A stretch of DNA of 32,000 bases from Psychrobacter cryohalolentis K5 (GCF_000013905.1 NC_007969.1:90001-122000), one strand, 5' to 3'; counted from the stretch's first letter, positions 1 to 9,303 are shown. Translations and numbers: made by a program. The notes: generated by a model not told the origin, from the sequence alone.

Positions 1-1
1 A

Positions 2-121
2 CAACGTTCTGATTCTGCCAAAGCAGCGCTTAAAAGCCAGACGGAAGATAATCATACAGAAGACACTGAAGCTGCCGCAGAGCGTATTGCTGATAACTTG
101 GAAACGAAAGAAGATAAATAG
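2..121 (+). CDS. 3' end of an upstream ORF (acidic C-terminus ...AERIADNLETKEDK*), function unknown
   Basis: The frame starting at position 2 is open to a TAG at 119-121. Its acidic composition resembles the next small ORF. A second frame is also open here, so the frame choice is tentative. Confidence 0.3.
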   Translation, partial: QRSDSAKAALKSQTEDNHTEDTEAAAERIADNLETKEDK

Positions 122-166
122 CTTCTTAAGTATGAATATATGAGTTAAATGTAAATAGGAGTTACT

Positions 167-346
167 ATGAGCAATTCAGTAAAAGATATGGATGAGCAAG
201 AACAAGAGATTAATCAACTTGTAGAAGATATCAATCCTCGTGCTGATAACTCTCCTGATAGTTTAGCAGAAGCTACGACTGTGCCTTTAGCAGACGATGA
301 GCTAGGCGGTATGGCTAGCGAAGAAGATATCCAAAAAAATAAATAA
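167..346 (+). CDS. small acidic hypothetical protein (59 aa)
   Basis: ATG at 167 is preceded by AGGAG (157-161) at 5 nt spacing, and the frame ends at TAA 344-346. It translates to MSNSVKDMDEQEQEINQLVEDINPRADNSPDSLAEATTVPLADDELGGMASEEDIQKNK. A hairpin plus T-tract terminator follows at 453-482. The ORF is just below the size cutoff of the ORF track. Confidence 0.45.
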   Translation: MSNSVKDMDEQEQEINQLVEDINPRADNSPDSLAEATTVPLADDELGGMASEEDIQKNK

Positions 347-452
347 GTCTTAGATTATAAGGCTGGTATCTACATTTCATGTTTACTTTTGATGGGTACT
401 AACAATTTAGTCAACTTACTTACCAATAATCAGATATTCTTAAAACCATAAC

Positions 453-482
453 AAAAAACTGCTGTTAGCCCAGCAGTTTTTT
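453..482 (+). terminator. rho-independent terminator
   Basis: AAAAAACTGCTG-ttagcc-CAGCAGTTTTTT forms a perfect stem followed by a T-run. Confidence 0.7.
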
Positions 483-698
483 GTTATAATTGGCGTCATA
501 TTTAAATACGGTTTAGATTATTCTAAATGGTTTTAAGTGACAGTTATGACTCATTGAGCTTGTCGTACACTAGGTCAACTCTAGTAATGCAGGGTTGTCC
601 TGAATGACGTACAGGCTATTTTATTGACTATTCTATTGCTCCTCGATACTTAAACTTTTAAGGTTATCTTGGTGCTCTTAGCATTGCCGGAGAGATTT

Positions 699-965
699 AT
701 GCTAACTAATGCCGATCGCGAACAAATCATTGCTCAATACCAACGTGGTGAAAGTGACACTGGTTCACCAGAAGTTCAAGTAGCTTTGTTAAGTGCTCGC
801 ATCAACGATCTACAAAACCATTTTAAAGCACACAAAGCGGATCACCATAGCCGCCGTGGTCTTATCCGTATGGTTAATACCCGTCGTAAACTGCTTGATT
901 ACTTAAAAGGTAAAGATCTTGGTCGCTATACCACCCTTATTAGCCAGTTAGGTCTACGTCGTTAA
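699..965 (+). CDS. rpsO: 30S ribosomal protein S15
   Basis: The 88-aa product [55 protein letters not shown]... is canonical S15. A GGAGAG SD lies at 689-694. The ORF-track start at 669 is a non-ATG upstream extension. Confidence 0.95.
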   Translation: MLTNADREQIIAQYQRGESDTGSPEVQVALLSARINDLQNHFKAHKADHHSRRGLIRMVNTRRKLLDYLKGKDLGRYTTLISQLGLRR

Positions 966-1085
966 TTTGACGACAGTAGTACGAATGGTTGCTAAAACGA
1001 GATATGCCTTAACTGGGAAGTATTTTAGATTTTTTGCGCAGCTATTTGGAACTTGCTTGTTGATATCGATAAAATAGATTTTTCT

Positions 1086-1120
1086 AAAAACGGTGTGGAA
1101 TAGTTTCACGCCGTTTTTTT
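1086..1120 (+). terminator. rho-independent terminator after rpsO
   Basis: AAAAACGGTGTG-gaatagtt-CACGCCGTTTTTTT: a 7-bp stem with one G-U pair, followed by a T7 run. Confidence 0.7.
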
Positions 1121-1567
1121 ATGCTTATCAGTATGGTATGAGTTTAAGTACAGAAACAAAAGCTTATATTTAACTAATTATTAAGAAATAGATAGTAGTG
1201 CATTAGGTTGGTCAATGACCATAAATCACTGTAAAATAATGCCTTAGTCGGTTTTTGCACTGTTTATGATAGATAAACATGCATAGGTAAAGTAGTGAAG
1301 AGGCTCCATAGATGGAGTGGTTTTGATGCTATAAAAATCTAAATGATCGTTATAGCAAACCGAATTTTAGCATTAACCAATATGCAGGGCTGTGCTTTAT
1401 GTACCAGCCAATTGCATAAGATAAATATTTGATAATAATAGTTTCGATAGACAAGATTTATAAGTATAAAGACAGTCGATTAGAAGCTATATACAAAGAA
1501 TTTTAATGACAGATATCAGTGTTTTTTGTGCTGATATTATTTCGTCAGTCAATATTAGGAAAATTAT

Positions 1568-3670
1568 ATGACAATGTTTAATACCATTAAGCGTGAATTC
1601 CAATACGGTAACCAGCAAGTTGTTATCGAAACAGGACGTATTGCGCGTCAAGCTAACTCGATTTTAGTCCACATGGGCGGCGTTACTGTATTGGTAGCAG
1701 CGGTTGTAAAGTCTGATGCTAAAGAAGGTCAAAACTTCTTTCCATTGACCGTTAACTATCAAGAAAAAATGTATGCTGCGGGTAAAATCCCAGGTGCTTA
1801 CGGTAAACGTGAAGGTCGTGCGAGCGAGTCTGAAACGTTAACCTCGCGTCTAATTGACCGCCCAATCCGTCCGTTATTCCCTGAAGGCTATGTCAACGAG
1901 ATTCAAATCACGGCAACGGTTGTGTCATCTGACAAAACTCAATCAGCAGATATCGCAGCACTAATCGGTGCTTCAGCGGCGCTAGCTATCTCTGATGCAC
2001 CATTTAATGGTCCTGTTGCTGCGGCGCGTGTTGGTTTTATCAATGGCGAATACGTACTGAACCCGACGCTTGAAGAGCTTAAAGAAAGTGATCTTGACTT
2101 GGTCGTGGCTGGTACAAAGTCTGCGGTATTGATGGTTGAATCTGAAGCGGCAGAGTTATCAGAAGATCAAATGCTAGGCGCAGTATTATACGGTCATCAG
2201 CAGCAGCAAATCGTTATCGACAACATTGCTTCAATGGCAGCAGAAATCGGTACCGCTAAGCAGCAATATACCGCTCCTGTACGCAATCAAACGTTAGAGA
2301 CTGGTATGAAAGAGCAGTTCGGTACGCAAGTATCTGACGCTTATACCATCACTGATAAGCAAGCACGTTACAGCAAGCTTGATGAAATTAAAGACGCTGC
2401 CCTTGCAGCTCTTGCTGGTGATGCTGAATCAGAGAGCTATGCTGATACCGTATCTGAGTTAAAAGAAATCTATAACGATCTAAAGTATCGTACCGTTCGT
2501 GACAACATTTTGTCTGGTAAGCCACGTATTGATGGTCGTGATTTAGAGACTGTTCGTGCCCTTGATGTACAAGTGGGCGTATTACCATTTACTCATGGTT
2601 CAGCATTGTTTACACGTGGTGAAACCCAAGCATTGGTAACGACTACCCTTGGTAATACTCGTGACGTCAATATGATTGACTCGCTAGCGGGTACCATTCG
2701 TGACCATTTCATGTTGCATTATAACTTCCCACATTTCTCAGTAGGCGAAACAGGTCGTGAAGGCATTCCTAAACGTCGTGAAATCGGTCATGGTCGTCTA
2801 GCACGCCGTGGTGTACAAGCGATGCTGCCTGATAGCGATCGCTTCCCATATGTTATCCGTGTGGTTTCTGAGATCACTGAATCAAATGGTTCATCGTCTA
2901 TGGCCTCTGTTTGTGGTGCAAGTTTGGCATTGATGGACGCTGGTGTGCCAATTAAAGCACCGGTTGCTGGTATTGCCATGGGTCTGGTTAAAGAAGGCGA
3001 GCGCTTTGCTGTATTGTCTGACATCTTAGGTGATGAAGATCATCTTGGCGATATGGATTTTAAAGTTGCTGGTTCTAAAGACGGTATTACTGCTCTACAG
3101 ATGGACATTAAAATCGAAGGTATTACCCCAGATATCATGGAGCAAGCGTTAAAGCAAGCTCATGCTGGTCGTATCCATATCTTAGACGCGATGAACAAAG
3201 TATTGCCTGAAAGCCGTACTGAAATCAATGCTCATGCACCTAACTATGCCGTAATTGAGATCAATCCGGATAAAATCCGTGATGTTATCGGTAAAGGCGG
3301 CGCAACGATTCGTCAGCTAACGGAAGAAACTGGTGCGGTTATCGACATTGATGATGCTGGTACCATCCGTATCTTTGGTGAAAACAAAGCGGCAACTAAA
3401 GCGGCAATTGCTAAAATTGAAGCAATCACAGCAGAAGTTGAAGTAGGTAAAACTTACGAAGGTACGGTTGCTCGTATCGTTGACTTCGGAGCCTTTATTA
3501 ACGTATTGCCAAATACTGATGGTCTCGTGCATATCTCGCAAATCGCTGATGAGCGCGTAGAAAACGTATCTGACTATCTAAAAGAAGGTCAAATCGTTAA
3601 AGTATTGGTCCAAGATGTTGATAATCGTGGTCGTATCAAGTTGACTATGAAAGGTATTGAGCAGAGCTAA
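1568..3670 (+). CDS. pnp: polyribonucleotide nucleotidyltransferase (PNPase)
   Basis: The 700-aa product has two RNase PH-like halves, a KH motif ([10 protein letters not shown]) and a C-terminal S1 domain ([34 protein letters not shown]). An AGGA SD lies at 1557-1560. It follows rpsO in the classical synteny. Confidence 0.97.
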   Translation: MTMFNTIKREFQYGNQQVVIETGRIARQANSILVHMGGVTVLVAAVVKSDAKEGQNFFPLTVNYQEKMYAAGKIPGAYGKREGRASESETLTSRLIDRPIRPLFPEGYVNEIQITATVVSSDKTQSADIAALIGASAALAISDAPFNGPVAAARVGFINGEYVLNPTLEELKESDLDLVVAGTKSAVLMVESEAAELSEDQMLGAVLYGHQQQQIVIDNIASMAAEIGTAKQQYTAPVRNQTLETGMKEQFGTQVSDAYTITDKQARYSKLDEIKDAALAALAGDAESESYADTVSELKEIYNDLKYRTVRDNILSGKPRIDGRDLETVRALDVQVGVLPFTHGSALFTRGETQALVTTTLGNTRDVNMIDSLAGTIRDHFMLHYNFPHFSVGETGREGIPKRREIGHGRLARRGVQAMLPDSDRFPYVIRVVSEITESNGSSSMASVCGASLALMDAGVPIKAPVAGIAMGLVKEGERFAVLSDILGDEDHLGDMDFKVAGSKDGITALQMDIKIEGITPDIMEQALKQAHAGRIHILDAMNKVLPESRTEINAHAPNYAVIEINPDKIRDVIGKGGATIRQLTEETGAVIDIDDAGTIRIFGENKAATKAAIAKIEAITAEVEVGKTYEGTVARIVDFGAFINVLPNTDGLVHISQIADERVENVSDYLKEGQIVKVLVQDVDNRGRIKLTMKGIEQS

Positions 3671-3698
3671 TGCTTGATATTTGATAGCGTTAATATTT

Positions 3699-3747
3699 AA
3701 AGAACCGCCTTGAATCACTTATTATGAGTGCTCAAGGCGGTTTTTTT
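3699..3747. terminator. bidirectional rho-independent terminator between pnp (+) and the 3783-4929 operon (-)
   Basis: AACCGCCTTGA (3703-3713) pairs with TCAAGGCGGTT (3732-3742). The stem is flanked by an A-rich 5' side and a T7 run on the 3' side. Confidence 0.75.
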
Positions 3748-3782
3748 ATGGACGTAAAATATAACTAAAATTAGAAAATATG

Positions 3783-4382
3783 CTATATGGCAACGTCTCT
3801 AGGTACATGGATATCAATGCGAAGCTTAGGTAAATTTGCTAAATAATGGGTTATGAGAGGCAATATATCAATATGCCAATCTAATGGAAGCGCATTTGTT
3901 ATAAGAGACTCATTGGTCGAAGGATTGGCTTCATTGCGTGAATGGTTGTAAATAAGGGGACGGGCAAGCAGAGCAATGTGACGGATACCTTGATAGCGTA
4001 TCAGCGTTGTCAGTTGTTGTCGTAAATCGATTAAAGCTTCCGTCAACCAGCGTACTCTTACTGGATGATAAGAGTGATCTGATATAACAAGGTTAGCAAT
4101 ATAACTGGGTTGGTTGCCATTACTACTGACACTAAGCCCAGCTTGCTCACGTATGCGTTTATGCAGTAAACAGCTACCAACCATTAAGCTACCATCACAG
4201 CACGCACGATAGTAACGTTGATAATTATCAGGATATAGGGTTTTTGCGCGAGTCAAAATAGGATCTAAAAGGAGACCAGCGCTATTAACAGGAAGTATGA
4301 GCAGCTGAGCGCTGCTATTTAAAATAGGATTATGAGTGAGTTGCAAAGATGCCATCATCAACCCCTGAATAAAAGCATACAT
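3783..4382 (-). CDS. macro-domain-like protein with degenerate ligand-binding loops (hypothetical)
   Basis: LLILPVNSAG....LTRAKTLYPDNYQRYYRACCDGSLMVGSCLL and ...YIANL...IRHIALLARPL...LDW... run collinear with my recollection of the stand-alone bacterial macro family (xLVNTVNTVGVMGKGIAxQFKxxFPxxFxxYxxACxxGxxxxG...). The G-rich loops appear replaced. The true start is likely Met9 or Met10 (4358 or 4355), which sit behind an AGGGG SD. Confidence 0.4.
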   Translation of the reverse strand: MYAFIQGLMMASLQLTHNPILNSSAQLLILPVNSAGLLLDPILTRAKTLYPDNYQRYYRACCDGSLMVGSCLLHKRIREQAGLSVSSNGNQPSYIANLVISDHSYHPVRVRWLTEALIDLRQQLTTLIRYQGIRHIALLARPLIYNHSRNEANPSTNESLITNALPLDWHIDILPLITHYLANLPKLRIDIHVPRDVAI

Positions 4383-4398
4383 TATTTGGCGATAACTG

Positions 4399-4929
4399 CT
4401 AATTAGTGGTGGTTTTAACCGCAGTATCAGCCTCTAACTGGGCAATTTGTTGCTCAAGTAATGCGATTTCTTGAGCTTTTAGTTCAGTTAATTGTTTGGT
4501 CATGGCAATCTGTTCAGCAGCGAGCTTTTCTTGTTCGGCTAAGCGCTTACGTTCATCTTCTAAACGATCAATCTCTTCTTTGGCTAAGCTGTTCGTTTTT
4601 GGTAATGGGGCTTCTAAGATAGATTTGGGATCTGAGATATCAGAATCCGTCATACTAGCGCTACCTTGATTTTCATCACCAATAATATTATTAACGTCAT
4701 CTTCTAATGGTACAGAAGCAATCTGTGTAGGCTTATCTTGTTCGGAAGTCACTGGCAAATTATCAGCAGAGCTCTGATTAGATTGAGGTACCGTGCCTTT
4801 CCAAACGAAATAACCGATTAACAGCACAATTAATAAAATACCAAACCACCATTTTTGGCTTGGCTTAGCAGAATGGGTAGATTTTTTTAAGACTTTATGG
4901 GAGAAAGGACGCGTTTTTTTGCTTTTCAT
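4399..4929 (-). CDS. membrane-anchored coiled-coil protein (hypothetical)
   Basis: The protein has a basic N-terminus, one TM helix (WWFGILLIVLLIGYFVW), an acidic linker, and a heptad-like E/K/Q/A-rich C-terminus (EEIDRLEDERKRLAEQEKLAAEQIAMTKQLTELKAQEIALLEQQIAQLE). It ends 16 nt upstream of the next ORF, which implies an operon. Confidence 0.6.
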   Translation of the reverse strand: MKSKKTRPFSHKVLKKSTHSAKPSQKWWFGILLIVLLIGYFVWKGTVPQSNQSSADNLPVTSEQDKPTQIASVPLEDDVNNIIGDENQGSASMTDSDISDPKSILEAPLPKTNSLAKEEIDRLEDERKRLAEQEKLAAEQIAMTKQLTELKAQEIALLEQQIAQLEADTAVKTTTN

Positions 4930-4980
4930 ACTACGTTCAATTTAGGTTAAAGATATCCTGCCATACTATAGCAAACTCGA

Positions 4981-5012
4981 AATAAAAAAGCCCATCTATT
5001 GATAGAAGGGCG
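4981..5012 (-). terminator. rho-independent terminator after yheV/prlC
   Basis: On the minus strand the sequence reads GCCCTTCT-atcaat-AGATGGGC followed by TTTTTTATTT. The stem has one internal mismatch. Confidence 0.55.
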
Positions 5013-5076
5013 ATTAAATACAGCATTGTTTATAGCAATCATGAGATATGACTGTCTGATCGTCAAATATAAAGAG

Positions 5077-5334
5077 TTATTCTTTGAATTTGACCGTCCC
5101 ACTGGTTCCGGTAATCATAGCGCCACGAGTTAATTGGTCTTCAAGATGGTTCTTTGCGCTGATCTCATCAGGATCAGGGCGATGTTCAGTATGCCCGCAT
5201 AGCGTACATTCAATATATTCATCAGGCGCTGGCACAACGATATTGACTTGTACTACCGCATCCATGACCTGACATTTCGGGCAGCGAACGCCCGCTAAAA
5301 ACTGCCGCTTTGGACGCGTTGATTGATAGCGCAT
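5077..5334 (-). CDS. yheV: YheV-family zinc-ribbon protein
   Basis: The 85-aa product has two CxxC pairs (CPKC ... CTLCGH). Its start codon abuts the prlC stop codon with a 0-nt gap. As I recall, this is the usual position of this family next to oligopeptidase A in Pseudomonadales. Confidence 0.7.
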   Translation of the reverse strand: MRYQSTRPKRQFLAGVRCPKCQVMDAVVQVNIVVPAPDEYIECTLCGHTEHRPDPDEISAKNHLEDQLTRGAMITGTSGTVKFKE

Positions 5335-7530
5335 TTAAATCACCTCGCGTGTTATTGAGGCATTGGCAGCCGTACTACTTTTAGTCTGGTCTTTAGTATC
5401 AGAAAAACCGCTATGACGTAGCAAAGCATCAATACTGGCGCTACGACCACGGAAGTTTTCGAAATTCACCTTAGCTGGAAAACTACCGCCCACTGATAAA
5501 ATAGTCTCACGGAAGGCTTTACCTGTGATGGGATTAAAAATGCCGTCTTCTTCAAATTTACTAAAAGCATCAGCAGACAACAGCTCTGCCCATTTATAAG
5601 AATAATAACCAGCGGCATAACCACCAGCAAAAATGTGACTAAAGCCATTGGCAAAGCGGTTGTAATCAGGCGTCTGTAAAATGGCAATATCATTACGTAC
5701 GCTGTTAAGCGTAGTCAAAATACCTTCATAATCGAGCGCCGGCGTGTGCGCATGGATCAACAAATCAAACAAAGCAAATTCGATCTGACGGAGCGTTTGC
5801 AAACCACTTTGGAAGTTTTTGACTGCCAATAGTGCATCGAGTTTCTCTTTTGGTAATGGCGTGCCAGTTTCGACATGACTGCTAATAAGAGCAATACCTT
5901 CCGCGTCCCACGCCCAGTTTTCCATAAACTGACTCGGCAGCTCGACGGCATCCCATTCTACGCCATTGACCCCAGCGACATCACCGACCGTCACTTGGGT
6001 TAATAAATGATGAAGACCATGACCAAACTCATGAAACAAGGTGACAACTTCATCATGAGTCAATAAGCTTGGCTTACCATCGAGTGCTGGGGTGAAGTTA
6101 CCGACCATAAAGCACACTGGTAACTGTTGGTGGTTTTGCTCTTCATAACTATAACGTGACTGAAAGCCACTCATCCAGGCGCCGCCGCGTTTACCACTAC
6201 GGGCAAATAAATCAAAGTAAAAACCGCCAAGCAAGTTATCATCAGCATCAAATAACTGATAAAAACGCACCTCATCATGCCAGCGTAATACGGATTCATT
6301 TTGCTCTTGTACTTTGATACCGTATAAACGCTCAACGATAGCGAATAAACCGCTAATCACTTTTGGTAATGGGAAATACGGGCGAATCTCTTCTTGTGAT
6401 AAGCTGAACTCGCTTTGTTTGACCTTTTCGGCGATATAAGCACTGTCCCACGGCTGCAAATCTTCAATACCGTAATCTTGCGCATATTTTTGCAATTGCG
6501 CCAAATCTTGCGCAGCAGTTGGCGTTGCTTGCACTGCTAAATCACGTAAAAAGGTTTCTACTTCTGCCACGCTGTCTGCCATTTTGGTCGATAGCGATAC
6601 CTCTGCATAGTTATCAAAACCCAATAGTCTGGCTTTTTGTTCACGTAACTGCAAAATCTCACTCATGATATTTGCGTTATTTAGAGACTGACCTTTAGCA
6701 TTAGTATGATCATCAAACTCAGAGGCGCGAGTGACATAGGCACGATATAACGTCTCGCGTAAGTTGCGATCATCGGCATGGGTCATAATGGCAAGATACA
6801 CAGGAATATTTAAGCTTGCCACATAATAAGGCATCGGTAAGGTATCAACCTCTGTTTGCGTGAGCGAACCATTTGCAAGCTGGCTTGTTTTATATTGCTC
6901 ACCTGCATCGGCCAATAGCGCCAAACCACTTTCAGTCAAACCTGCTAACTGCTCTGTTTTAAGCGGCAACGCATAAGCTTGAGTGGCGTCTAAAACATGG
7001 TCTGAGAAAGTGGCTGATAACGTAGGCAGCTTACTTTGAGTGACTGCAAATTTATCTTGCTCAGCTTTTGGTAATGCGACCCCTGATAACTCAAAGCTAC
7101 GTAGCGCAAGCTCAATAGCTCGTGCTCGTGCCGGCTCAAGCGCTGCGAAGAAAGCTTTATCATTGACAATCGCTTGATAACGACTAAATAGCGGCTGATG
7201 CTGCCCAACGCGCGTACCGTAAGCTGATAGCTTTGGTAACAGCTCATGATGGACATGGCGGATCTCATCATTACTCATGACACTATTCAGATGCGACAAA
7301 ATGCCCCAACTTCGATCCAATGCCAAATTGATGTGGTCAAAGTTTTTTATATCACTTAGCGCTTGCTCAGCGTCTATCGAGGTAGACGTATCCTTGCTAT
7401 CTGTACACACCGTCAACTCATCTAAAAACGCATTAGCCGTGTCAATGGCGCTGATTACTTGCTGTTGTAAAGTGCTTGGTGCAGTATCGGCAAAATCGAC
7501 AAGATGTAACTTTAAAGAAATAGAAGTCAT
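5335..7530 (-). CDS. prlC: oligopeptidase A (M3 family zinc metallopeptidase)
   Basis: The 731-aa product has an HEFGH zinc motif (LFHEFGHGLHHLL) and M3-family C-terminal blocks (GGYAAGYYSYKWAE). Confidence 0.93.
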   Translation of the reverse strand: MTSISLKLHLVDFADTAPSTLQQQVISAIDTANAFLDELTVCTDSKDTSTSIDAEQALSDIKNFDHINLALDRSWGILSHLNSVMSNDEIRHVHHELLPKLSAYGTRVGQHQPLFSRYQAIVNDKAFFAALEPARARAIELALRSFELSGVALPKAEQDKFAVTQSKLPTLSATFSDHVLDATQAYALPLKTEQLAGLTESGLALLADAGEQYKTSQLANGSLTQTEVDTLPMPYYVASLNIPVYLAIMTHADDRNLRETLYRAYVTRASEFDDHTNAKGQSLNNANIMSEILQLREQKARLLGFDNYAEVSLSTKMADSVAEVETFLRDLAVQATPTAAQDLAQLQKYAQDYGIEDLQPWDSAYIAEKVKQSEFSLSQEEIRPYFPLPKVISGLFAIVERLYGIKVQEQNESVLRWHDEVRFYQLFDADDNLLGGFYFDLFARSGKRGGAWMSGFQSRYSYEEQNHQQLPVCFMVGNFTPALDGKPSLLTHDEVVTLFHEFGHGLHHLLTQVTVGDVAGVNGVEWDAVELPSQFMENWAWDAEGIALISSHVETGTPLPKEKLDALLAVKNFQSGLQTLRQIEFALFDLLIHAHTPALDYEGILTTLNSVRNDIAILQTPDYNRFANGFSHIFAGGYAAGYYSYKWAELLSADAFSKFEEDGIFNPITGKAFRETILSVGGSFPAKVNFENFRGRSASIDALLRHSGFSDTKDQTKSSTAANASITREVI

Positions 7531-7609
7531 AAAAGGTTCCGTTATAAATAATGAGTTTGACAGATAAAAGGGTTTAATTTGGCGTAATTATTCAAATCGT
7601 TCAAATGAT

Positions 7610-8036
7610 TAACAGGCATTACTGTTTATATTTTAAAGATATATTAATATCAAGGTTTCTCAAAGTTAAATAGCTTGATGTAAGGCTAATCGTTATGGGG
7701 TATTGATAACCATTGTTAATAATCAGCATTGTAATATTTAAATGATGGGTCTTCATTAATGAAAATACAAGCTGAAAGCTTGAGCTTTGATAAGCTGTTA
7801 ATCAAGTGACCTTTATTAAGGCTACTGTTATTAAGGTTATTGTGGCAAGCGTTGATATTATTTACAAAGCATCATCATTTGCTTGCAAATTAACCCTATA
7901 GCTTGTGTGGTCAAGTTGGTAGTGTAATAGGATAACAGGCGTTAATAGTGCTGTAGTATGAATAGCCTGTTAAGCATGCTATGTTATTAAGAGTATGCAG
8001 TCGCCTGACCGCAAAAATCTAGAATAAGTAACAGGC
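7610..8036. repeat. cluster of four TAACAGGC octamers (three direct, one inverted) in the leader of the 8092 gene
   Basis: TAACAGGC occurs at 7610-7617, 7933-7940 and 8029-8036. The reverse complement GCCTGTTA occurs at 7965-7972. Copies 2 and 3 form an 8-bp inverted repeat separated by 24 nt. Confidence 0.5.
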
Positions 8037-8091
8037 AAGGCGTACCAAAAGTAGTATTGGAAATTTATAGTCATAAAACAAGGAGTATTAA

Positions 8092-9204
8092 ATGAAAGCA
8101 ACTCTTAAAAGCTTACGTGAGACAAAGGCGAATCCAGCAGTCAGTATTTTTGTCAAAACGCACCGTGAACACCCTGCTAATGACAAAGACCCTATTGCCC
8201 TAAAAAACCAATTAAAAGTCGTCGAAGAACGTCTAACCAATGAGTATGACAAGCGTACGGCAACCACTATCTTAGACAATATCCATGCTAAGACCAAAGA
8301 GCTGAATCATAATCTTAATCTAGATACCTTAGCTATTTTTGCTAGTACTGACGATGTGCAAGTGATCCGTATGCCTATTGATACCACTGAGCGCGTGGTT
8401 ATCTCACATCGTTTTGCGACCCGTGATTTAGTGCGTGATATGGCAAGCGCTGTGCATTATTATACTTTGGTATTGACTCGTGATAAGGCACGTTTAATTG
8501 AAGCCTCTAATGATCGCGTGATACGAGAGTTCGATCTAGACGATACTGCCCAAAATAATATGGAAAACATTCCTTTTCCTATCGACAATAATGGACTTCA
8601 TACGACAAGCGATGGCGGATCAGATCGCTCAGCGAATAATGAGAGTAGTGCGTTAAAAGAGTTCTTTAACCAAGTAGATAAGAGTGTTCAAGAGCTGTGG
8701 GGCGAGCATAAAATGCCGCTAGTCGTAGTCGGTGATAGCAAAAATATTGGCTACTATAAAGATGTTTGTGACCGTCCGGATAATATCATCGCTACGGTAT
8801 CAAATGCCACCAATCTAGATGAGGGTGGTGCACAGCATGTTATCAATAGTGTACAAGAAGCAGTAGAAGGTTATCGTACCTCCTTACACCAAGCGGCACT
8901 GGGCGAGATTGATAAAGCGCGCGGGGCGAACAAACTACAGACTGATTTGCAAGAAGTCTATCGCAGTGCTTTTCAGGGTATAGGCGATACCTTGTATGTC
9001 CGCCGTGGCTATATTCAACCAGCCAAAATTGATGAAAAAGCGCAAACGCTAAGTCTTGCGGACGACTCAAGTGCAGAAGGTATCACTGATGATGCTATTG
9101 GTGAAATCATTGAGCATGTCATTCATAATGGCGGTAAAGCGGTCTTTATGCCACAAGATATTATGAATGCAGACCAACCCATTGCTCTTGTCACCCGCTA
9201 TTAA
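8092..9204 (+). CDS. hypothetical protein, candidate bacterial eRF1/Dom34-like (baeRF-type) protein
   Basis: A strong AGGAG SD lies at 8081-8085. The N-terminus ...NPAVSIFVKTHREHPANDKDPIALKNQLKVVEERL... matches the pattern I recall for baeRF families (VSIYxPTHR......Q.PIxLKNLL...E..L). The C-terminal GGKAVFM...ALVTRY end also looks family-like. This assignment has not been checked with an HMM. Confidence 0.45.
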   Translation: MKATLKSLRETKANPAVSIFVKTHREHPANDKDPIALKNQLKVVEERLTNEYDKRTATTILDNIHAKTKELNHNLNLDTLAIFASTDDVQVIRMPIDTTERVVISHRFATRDLVRDMASAVHYYTLVLTRDKARLIEASNDRVIREFDLDDTAQNNMENIPFPIDNNGLHTTSDGGSDRSANNESSALKEFFNQVDKSVQELWGEHKMPLVVVGDSKNIGYYKDVCDRPDNIIATVSNATNLDEGGAQHVINSVQEAVEGYRTSLHQAALGEIDKARGANKLQTDLQEVYRSAFQGIGDTLYVRRGYIQPAKIDEKAQTLSLADDSSAEGITDDAIGEIIEHVIHNGGKAVFMPQDIMNADQPIALVTRY

Positions 9205-9266
9205 TAGATGACATAGGCTCAGTAACGAATTAGCCATTGGTCATTGATAGCACATAGGTATAGTAT

Positions 9267-9303
9267 GAGAGCATTGGTTCAGTATGAGCCAATGCTCTTT
9301 TTA
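9267..9303 (+). terminator. rho-independent terminator after the 8092 gene
   Basis: AGAGCATTGG (9268-9277) pairs with CCAATGCTCT (9289-9298), followed by TTTTT. Confidence 0.75.

Noticed and set aside
669-698. Upstream extensions of ORF-track starts for rpsO (669), ABC exporter (14804), algZ (21371), algR (22697), hemC (23534) and ribB (28636)
   Set aside because: The extensions begin at non-ATG codons or lack an SD, and they add residues absent from the conserved family N-termini. Internal ATGs with an SD or a family-typical N-terminus were chosen instead.
7760-7810. 16-codon mini-ORF (MKIQAESLSFDKLLIK) as a possible leader peptide in the 8092 leader
   Set aside because: It has no SD and no regulatory codon run. 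In AT-rich sequence it is indistinguishable from chance.
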